Source of the DNA: Acidimicrobiales bacterium
GTDB lineage: Bacteria > Actinomycetota > Acidimicrobiia > Acidimicrobiales > Aldehydirespiratoraceae
DNA length: 64,000 nucleotides
Direction of reading: 5' to 3'
Assembly (NCBI GenBank): GCA_965116665.1
Contig: OZ220709.1
Coordinates: forward strand, 3,051,486-3,115,485
Below the pieces are notes generated by a model. That model worked only from the letters and a program-made list of their open reading frames with translations, was not told where the DNA came from and made no database searches. Position numbers and translations under genes: made by a program. Below are positions 58,164 through 64,000 of the stretch, in pieces. The first letter of the stretch is position 1. Each line of letters begins with the position of its first letter.

Positions 58164-58865
58164 CTACCCGCTCTGCCTCTGGGGCTGCGCATCGGGGCGC
58201 CGCAGATACAGGGGTTGGATCTCATCGGGCCGCACGAACTCCTCGCGCAGCGCGAGGGCGTGGGCCAGCAGCACCAGCGACTCGGCCGAGGGATGGGCGA
58301 AGCCGGGATCAGCCAGTTCCACGCCACGCAGACCCTCGAACAGCGAGGAGTAGCGCTCCGCGCCGTCACCCGCCACGAGCGTGTCGTCGGCGCTGGCCAG
58401 AATCTCTGACACGACATGGCCAGGGGGACCGACCTCGGGCCCGTTGAGGCGCTGCACCCCACCGGGAAGGCACCCGTAGCGAGCATGGAACACCTCGCCG
58501 CGGCGAGCGTCGATCATCACTGCGAGGGTGCGGCCGGTGTGGCGCAGGGGGTAGGCGACCAGATCGAGGCTGCTGACCGCGACCATGGGCACCCGCAGGG
58601 CGTGCGCCATAGTTATGGCGGTGGTCACGCCCACCCTCAGACCGGTATAGAGCCCCGGACCCATGTCCACCGCGACCGCTCCCAAGTCCTGCAGATCGAC
58701 ACCTGCGTGGGTGCAAGCGGCCTGGATCTGGGGGGCGAGCAACTCGGCGTGACGGCGCTCGCGGGTGGTCTGAACCGATGCCCGCACACCCTCGTGGCCT
58801 CCTATGGCGCAGCCCACGCGGCCGGTGGCCGTCTCGATGCCGAGAATCAGCACGGCACGGCCCAA
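58164..58865 (-). CDS. tsaB: tRNA threonylcarbamoyladenosine biosynthesis protein TsaB
   Basis: ILGIETAT and DMGPGLYTGLRVG. The start is TTG 58865 or GTG 58853. Confidence 0.85.
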   Translation of the reverse strand: MGRAVLILGIETATGRVGCAIGGHEGVRASVQTTRERRHAELLAPQIQAACTHAGVDLQDLGAVAVDMGPGLYTGLRVGVTTAITMAHALRVPMVAVSSLDLVAYPLRHTGRTLAVMIDARRGEVFHARYGCLPGGVQRLNGPEVGPPGHVVSEILASADDTLVAGDGAERYSSLFEGLRGVELADPGFAHPSAESLVLLAHALALREEFVRPDEIQPLYLRRPDAQPQRQSG

Positions 58866-59344
58866 CGCACGAGCGCGGCCCTCAACCGGTCGGCACGCCG
58901 GTTCCAGGCCTCGCCCTGTCCCCGCATCTCGAAGCTCCGGTCGTCATCGCCCTCACCGAAGCGGATGATCACCGACAGGTGCTCGGACGGCAGCGCCGAC
59001 GCGATGGTGTCGCCCCACTCCACCAGGGTCACACCGTCGTCGAGCAGTTCGGGCAGGGCCAGGTCGCTCGCCTCCTCGGGGCAGTCGAAGCGGTACACGT
59101 CGAGGTGGTTGACCACCAGACGTCCCCCGTAGCGGTTGGCCAGGGTGAACGTGGGGCTGGTGACGGGGGCGGTCACACCAAGCGAGGCTGCGAACCCCTG
59201 CACGAAGGCGGTCTTGCCCGCGCCCAGGTCGCCGACCAGCACGACGACATCGCCGGCGTCGACCAGCGTGGCGACCGCACCGCCCAGCGCCCGCGTCTCG
59301 TCGACGCCGGCGGTTCTACACGCGAGCACCCACACCTCGCGCAA
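58847..59344 (-). CDS. tsaE: tRNA threonylcarbamoyladenosine biosynthesis ATPase TsaE
   Basis: 165 aa with GDLGAGKTAFVQG, SPTFTL, HLDVYR and VEWG. Confidence 0.85.
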   Translation of the reverse strand: MREVWVLACRTAGVDETRALGGAVATLVDAGDVVVLVGDLGAGKTAFVQGFAASLGVTAPVTSPTFTLANRYGGRLVVNHLDVYRFDCPEEASDLALPELLDDGVTLVEWGDTIASALPSEHLSVIIRFGEGDDDRSFEMRGQGEAWNRRADRLRAALVRWAVPC

Positions 59345-59365
59345 GTCTGTCCGGAGGCGCCGATC

Positions 59366-60262
59366 TCACCCTTCGAGCGTACCGACGGCACCGCGAACCG
59401 CCTTGGCCGCTGCGGCCACCGCCAGCAGTCGCACGTCGTCGGTGTCGGCCCCCACGTCGCCGGTGGCCGCAGCCACAACCGCGTCGCCGTCGCTGCGGGT
59501 GTGGGCCGGCACCAGTTCGCGGGCCAGGCCGTCGTGGCCTCCCTGGGCCACCCAGAAGCAGTCGGTCTTGGACAGCGCGGCGTTTGTGACGACCACGCAC
59601 AGCGTCGTGCTGGTGAACGGGCTGGACCGGGACTTCCAGTGCTGGAACGACCCGTCGGCCACCTGCTCGAACGTCTGGTGAGCTGCCGGCGGCGGGCTGC
59701 CGGCCGCGTTGAGCGCCACGATCGCGCTGACCGCCAGCTCGTCCCGGCGCACGGTGGCGATGCCCAGACCCCCGGGCTCGGCGTTCCCGGCACCGAGCCA
59801 TTTGGACACCGTGGCGCCCGCGCCGGCGCCCACCGGTCCGGTGTCCACCGAAGTCGACCGGTTGGTGGCCGCGTGACGGCCGGCGGCGGCATCGGGGCGC
59901 ACCGACGGATCCCCGACGCCGAGGTCATAGAGGGCCATGGCCACCACGATCGGCACCGGCCCGTGGGCCGTCTCGAACCCGCGGCCCTCGGCCTCCAGGA
60001 CGTCCATCACCCCGTCCGCGGCAGCCAGGCCGAAGGCGGACCCCCCGGCAAGAACGACGGCGTCTACGCACTCGACCAACCGCTCGGGTGCGAGCAGGGC
60101 GAAGTCGCGGGTCGCCGGCGCGCCGCCGCGCACCTCCCCGGAGGCGACGGTGGCAGGGGGAAGCACGATCACGGTGCAGCCCGTGCGTGCGACCGGATCG
60201 GTCCAGTGGCCGACCTCGACACCAGGAATCTGCAGTTCAACCGGCACGAGCGACTCGGACAT
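59366..60262 (-). CDS. P1 (S58, DmpA/L-aminopeptidase) family peptidase
   Basis: 298 aa from ATG 60262, which shares 1 nt with the alr stop. Contains GVEVGHWTD, RTGCTVI, LAGGSAFGL and TTLCVVVTNA. Confidence 0.8.
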   Translation of the reverse strand: MSESLVPVELQIPGVEVGHWTDPVARTGCTVIVLPPATVASGEVRGGAPATRDFALLAPERLVECVDAVVLAGGSAFGLAAADGVMDVLEAEGRGFETAHGPVPIVVAMALYDLGVGDPSVRPDAAAGRHAATNRSTSVDTGPVGAGAGATVSKWLGAGNAEPGGLGIATVRRDELAVSAIVALNAAGSPPPAAHQTFEQVADGSFQHWKSRSSPFTSTTLCVVVTNAALSKTDCFWVAQGGHDGLARELVPAHTRSDGDAVVAAATGDVGADTDDVRLLAVAAAAKAVRGAVGTLEG

Positions 60263-61407
60263 CAGGCGAGCACCCGGGGGACCCTCGCCGAGACGGATGT
60301 CATGACCGCGTAGGCGATGGTGCCGAGGCGCTGAGCCACCTCGGTCGCGGTGATCTCCTCGGCGCCCTGCCGGCCGATCACCACAACCTCGTCGCCTACC
60401 GTCGTCTCGTCGGCGATGGCCGGGCCGAGAGCGACCATGAGTTGGTCCATCGTCACTACCCCCACGATCGGGCACCGCCGGCCCCGCACGAGCACTTCCA
60501 CCCCTGCAGGGCCGCTGTCGCGCCGGACGCCGTCGGCGTAGCCGATGGCGACGGTGGCCACCCGGGTGGGTCGGTCGGCCCACCAGTGTCGGCCATACGA
60601 CACACTCTCGCCGGGAGCCACCGTGCGCACTGAGGTGACCCGCGATACGAGCTCCATCGCGGGCTCGAGGGGCACTGTGCCGTCGAGCTCCGGCGACGGC
60701 GGGACGCCGTAGACCGCGATCCCGGCCCGGACCAGATCGCGGCGGGCTTCGGGATGGGCCAGCAGCCCCGCCGAGTTGGCGGCGTGGACGACACCCGTGG
60801 ACACCCCCAGGCCGCGCAGGGCGGTCAGGGCCTGGTCGAACCGTCGCAGCTGCTCGGCCGTGAAGGGATCGTCGGGAGCGTCTGCCACGGCCAAGTGGGT
60901 CCACACGCCCTCGACGTGCAGCCCGGGTCCGGCCTCCTCTAGAGCTTCGACGACGGCCTCCAACTCCTCGGGCAACGCGCCCATGCGGTGCATGCCGGTG
61001 TCCACCTTGAGGTGGACGGCCCGCTCGGCTCCGCCGGCTGATGCCAGCGCACGGACGCCGGCCGCCGACGCCACCGTGAGCCGGACCCGCTCCGGACATT
61101 GCGTGGCGGCCTCGGCTGCAAGCTGGGGAGCGACCTCCGACAGCATGAGCACAGGCGCATCGCGGCCCGCTTCGATGGCGACATCAGCTACTTCCAGGGC
61201 TTCGGGAACCGTGGCCACCGCCAGCCAGGACGCTCCGCCCGCCAACGCGGCCCGGGCCGAGACGGCCGCGCCGTGGCCGTAGCCGTCGGCCTTCACCACG
61301 GCGCACAGGGCCGCTGCTCCGGCTCGCTCGGTCAAGCACTTGACGTTGGCCTCGATGGCGGCCGGACGCACGCGCGCCTCCGTCGGCGACAGCCCGGCCG
61401 AGCTCAC
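60262..61407 (-). CDS. alr: Alanine racemase
   Basis: 381 aa from GTG 61407 (GTGA overlap with the nnr stop). Contains VVKADGYGHG (PLP lysine) and the C-terminal YAVMTSVSARVPR. Confidence 0.9.
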   Translation of the reverse strand: MSSAGLSPTEARVRPAAIEANVKCLTERAGAAALCAVVKADGYGHGAAVSARAALAGGASWLAVATVPEALEVADVAIEAGRDAPVLMLSEVAPQLAAEAATQCPERVRLTVASAAGVRALASAGGAERAVHLKVDTGMHRMGALPEELEAVVEALEEAGPGLHVEGVWTHLAVADAPDDPFTAEQLRRFDQALTALRGLGVSTGVVHAANSAGLLAHPEARRDLVRAGIAVYGVPPSPELDGTVPLEPAMELVSRVTSVRTVAPGESVSYGRHWWADRPTRVATVAIGYADGVRRDSGPAGVEVLVRGRRCPIVGVVTMDQLMVALGPAIADETTVGDEVVVIGRQGAEEITATEVAQRLGTIAYAVMTSVSARVPRVLA

Positions 61408-62759
61408 GGCGTGACGGTCCTCAGGGCGTCGAGGAGGTCGCTGGCCAGCAGGCGGGCAGCTTCCCCGGCCGCCGCGGCTGCAGCCCTCCCGTGGAGGTGC
61501 GCGGCCTCGGCCACGCGGTGGAGCAGGCGCTGCGGGCCGAAGGCGGCCAGGCGGCCGGCAATGATGCCGGTGAGGACATCGCCGGTGCCGGCCGAGGCCA
61601 GCCGGGAGTCCCCGCTGGACACGATCCTGGCCCGCCCGTGCGGGTCGGCGACCACAGTGGGGCCGCCCTTGAGCAGCACGACGGCGCGGGTTAGGGCCGC
61701 GGCGGCTCTGGCAGCCGCGATGCGGTCCGGCCCCGGCCTGCTGCCCGTCACCGCCTCCAACTCGGCGTCGTGCGGGGTGAGCACGACGGGAACTGAGCGG
61801 CTCAGGCGCTGGTCCATGGCCGCCGCCACCGCGGGGTCGTGCAGCAGGCGCAGCCCGTCGGCATCGATCACCGTGGGCAGGTCGAGCGCCAAAGCGTCGG
61901 CGAGACGCTTCGCGGCCTGCTCGCCGGTGCCCAGGCCCGGCCCGGCCGCACACACCGCGAAGCGGTCCGCATCCACCGCCAGGGGTGGCTCGGATCGCAC
62001 CGCTTCAATGAATGAGACCATGCCCGGCTCGGCGGAAGTGCTGAGGTGGATCATGCGGGCCCCGCTGCGCACCGCGGCCTCGCACGCCAGCGCGGCGGCA
62101 CCACCCATTCCCGGCGAGCCGGCCACCACCAGAGCGGCGGCGTGCCACTTGTGGGTGGCGCCGGTGCCCGCAGGCAGCGGCTCGATGTCGGCGCCGGTCA
62201 TCAGCGCGCAGTCGTCGAGGTCGTCGGCGCTGAGCGAGAGGCCTATGTCGGAGATGTCCGTCTCGCCGCAGACGGCCGGGCCCTCGCCGAACAACAGACC
62301 GGGCTTGAGCGCCGCGAAGGTGACCGTGCGCCGTGCCGGCCACACCGGACCGCCCAGAGACTGGCCGGTCAGGCCGTCGAGGCCGCTGGGAATGTCGACG
62401 GCCAGCACCGCAGCGTCGGGCCAGCCCCTCTGAGGCGGGGTGTAGGGCCTCGACAGGCCGGTGCCGAAGGCCGCATCGATGTAGAGGTCCGCAGCCGGCA
62501 GCGTCTCGGGAGCATCGGTGGCGGAGTACACCCGGACCCTTGCCCCCCGCCGCCGCAGCCGGCGAGCGGCCGCCCTCCCGTCGGCACCGTTGTTGCCGGG
62601 ACCGGCCAGCGCTACGACGCGCCGGCCCAGCCGCCCGCCCATCACCTCGGCCGCGGCCCGAGCCACGGCTGCCCCGGCCCGCTCGACCAGCACGTCGACG
62701 GGTTCGGGAGCGGCTGCGTCGATCTCGGCCATCCGCGCCGGCGTGACGACTGGGATCAT
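61404..62759 (-). CDS. nnr: Bifunctional NAD(P)H-hydrate epimerase/dehydratase
   Basis: 451 aa with an N-terminal YjeF_N domain (GPGNNGADG) and a C-terminal kinase-like dehydratase (GAGTGDVLTG-like ASAGTGDVLTG). Confidence 0.9.
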   Translation of the reverse strand: MIPVVTPARMAEIDAAAPEPVDVLVERAGAAVARAAAEVMGGRLGRRVVALAGPGNNGADGRAAARRLRRRGARVRVYSATDAPETLPAADLYIDAAFGTGLSRPYTPPQRGWPDAAVLAVDIPSGLDGLTGQSLGGPVWPARRTVTFAALKPGLLFGEGPAVCGETDISDIGLSLSADDLDDCALMTGADIEPLPAGTGATHKWHAAALVVAGSPGMGGAAALACEAAVRSGARMIHLSTSAEPGMVSFIEAVRSEPPLAVDADRFAVCAAGPGLGTGEQAAKRLADALALDLPTVIDADGLRLLHDPAVAAAMDQRLSRSVPVVLTPHDAELEAVTGSRPGPDRIAAARAAAALTRAVVLLKGGPTVVADPHGRARIVSSGDSRLASAGTGDVLTGIIAGRLAAFGPQRLLHRVAEAAHLHGRAAAAAAGEAARLLASDLLDALRTVTP

Positions 62760-63163
62760 CGGGCCAGGGCGACGACGGTTGCGGAGGCGAGGTGGTCGGT
62801 GTGGGAGAGGGAGACGAGCCAGCGACTCACGCCGTGCTGGGCCGCTCTCGAGCGGGCCGAGCCGTGGAGCACGATCTCGGGACGGCCGTCGCCGTCGCGG
62901 ACCACCTCGATCTCGGCCATCCGCATACCGCCCAACCCGTAGCCGAGCGCCTTGAGAGCAGCCTCCTTGGCCGCGAACCGCGCGGCCAGTCGAGCGGCGG
63001 GGTCGACCGCTCTCTGCGCATAGGTCCGCTCGTTCGCGGTGAAGAGTCGCTCGGCCACCGATGGCCGCCGCCGCAGCACCGTGCGGAAGCGGTCGACATC
63101 GACCAGGTCGGTGCCGATCCCGACAACCCCGGAATTGGCGAGGTCGCTGGCCCCGTCGGTCAC
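62756..63163 (-). CDS. acpS: Holo-[acyl-carrier-protein] synthase
   Basis: 135 aa with GIGTDLVDVDRF, RFAAKEAALKALG and SLSHTDHLA. Confidence 0.9.
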   Translation of the reverse strand: MTDGASDLANSGVVGIGTDLVDVDRFRTVLRRRPSVAERLFTANERTYAQRAVDPAARLAARFAAKEAALKALGYGLGGMRMAEIEVVRDGDGRPEIVLHGSARSRAAQHGVSRWLVSLSHTDHLASATVVALAR

Positions 63164-63211
63164 CCCCGCAACGATACCTAGGTGCCCAGACCCAGCGAAC
63201 TCGGCGGGGAG

Positions 63212-64000
63212 TCAGGAGCGCCAGCGGTCGGCCAGCTCCCCGATGGGCGAGGTGAGCAGGTCGACCGGAGCGATCTCAGCCAGGCGTTCCTCATCGAAGT
63301 CGGGCTCGGTCTCGGTGACCGCGTCGCGCAGCTCCGAGTAGCGGTTGCGGTACCCCTGGAGCACGCCCCGGGCCGCAGCCACCGGCAGCGACGCCGCGAA
63401 GCGGACGTGCAGCAGGGTGATTCCGACTGTGGAGCCTGCGGCGACCTCGGGAACGAACACGACCGTCCGGCCGTCGTGGCGACCCCGTGCGGCCAGCACC
63501 CGGCCCTCCACCGCCACCCGGTGCTTGCTGCCGGTCAGGGCCGGCGAGGCCGCGGTGCGCGAGACGATGCTCGACGCGACGCCTCCCTGGTCCACCACCG
63601 CGATGGTGTCCAACCCATCGAGGCGGTAGCGGGTGTGGCCCAGCACCTCGACCACCGCTCCGCTCAGATCGGCCAGAGCCCGGATGGTCGAGTAGGAGAG
63701 CCGGTCCCGGGGGGCTCCCGCGGCCAGCACAGCCTGGATGAGGGGTGCCTCCAGCAGGGTCTGGTCCGAGCGCGAGATCCCCACCGTGACGGTCTTGGCC
63801 TGGTGCCGGATGGCATCGATCGGGCGGGTCAGTTCGTCGATCCCGACGCTGAGCGCCCCGGCCAGGTCGTCGACGACGGCCTCGGGGGTGCCGACCCGGC
63901 CCAACTCGAGTTCGTAGCTGTCGAGCGGCACGAGACCCGACCCGTAACGCATCAGCGTCGTTATGCGCACCGCGGTGGACGCCTCCATGTGGCCGTCGTA
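63212..64000 (-). CDS. Hypothetical protein, C-terminal part only (frame open to the window edge)
   Basis: The reading frame continues past the listed ATG 63988 to position 64000. Protein-like composition. It sits where glmS-related genes lie in actinobacterial synteny but lacks the GlmS C-terminus, so no family call is made. Confidence 0.5.
   Translation of the reverse strand, partial: YDGHMEASTAVRITTLMRYGSGLVPLDSYELELGRVGTPEAVVDDLAGALSVGIDELTRPIDAIRHQAKTVTVGISRSDQTLLEAPLIQAVLAAGAPRDRLSYSTIRALADLSGAVVEVLGHTRYRLDGLDTIAVVDQGGVASSIVSRTAASPALTGSKHRVAVEGRVLAARGRHDGRTVVFVPEVAAGSTVGITLLHVRFAASLPVAAARGVLQGYRNRYSELRDAVTETEPDFDEERLAEIAPVDLLTSPIGELADRWRS

Noticed and set aside
60263-61099. N-terminal extension of the DmpA-like ORF (the 577-aa version)
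   Set aside because: It overlaps alr in another frame, and peptidase homology begins at ATG 60262.
63212-64000. Calling the edge gene glmS on synteny
   Set aside because: The C-terminus (…SPIGELADRWRS) does not match the conserved GlmS ending, so it is left as hypothetical.

Overview
High-GC (about 70% in the stretches I counted by hand) Actinomycetota-type chromosomal window with about 58 supportable CDS. I saw no rRNA, tRNA, CRISPR array, transposase or integrase. The right third (44.6-64 kb) is conserved core in the gene order typical of actinobacteria: pcrA, cbs-metB, guaA-guaB3, Nudix, groEL-groES with a perfect CIRCE operator, tsaD-tsaB-tsaE, alr, nnr, acpS. purH-sucD-sucC sit at 32.6-36.2 kb. 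The rest is accessory metabolism. It includes a Liv-type ABC importer, MarR, a PLP decarboxylase, three cytochrome P450 paralogues and three luciferase-like (LLM) oxidoreductases. It also has a Rieske oxygenase, LigB-type and TauD-type dioxygenases, an acetoacetate-decarboxylase-like protein, two glutamine-synthetase-like ligases plus a PuuD-like hydrolase, a Mo-bisPGD oxidoreductase and a homocysteine methyltransferase. A ProVWX betaine-type importer is present whose permease carries an unexplained ~360-aa membrane extension. Two small probable islands stand out: a Type II restriction-modification pair (gamma-class N6-adenine methylase plus a PD-ExK nuclease I recall as XamI-like) preceded by a 30-bp near-perfect palindrome, and a class-II Fic protein next to a ~30% GC tandem repeat. 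The best candidate for something undescribed is a three-gene module (572-aa unknown protein, M19 dipeptidase-like enzyme, 186-aa unknown) attached to the betaine-type importer. The second is a 139-bp structured repeat family, present as three tandem copies in the proV/proX control region and one inverted solo copy 6.4 kb away. The window is unusually rich in tandem duplications (units of 139, 92, 75, 57, 37 and 18 bp), one of which reiterates the 3' end and stop codon of tsaD. All family calls come from motifs read by eye in the supplied translations; no database search was run.
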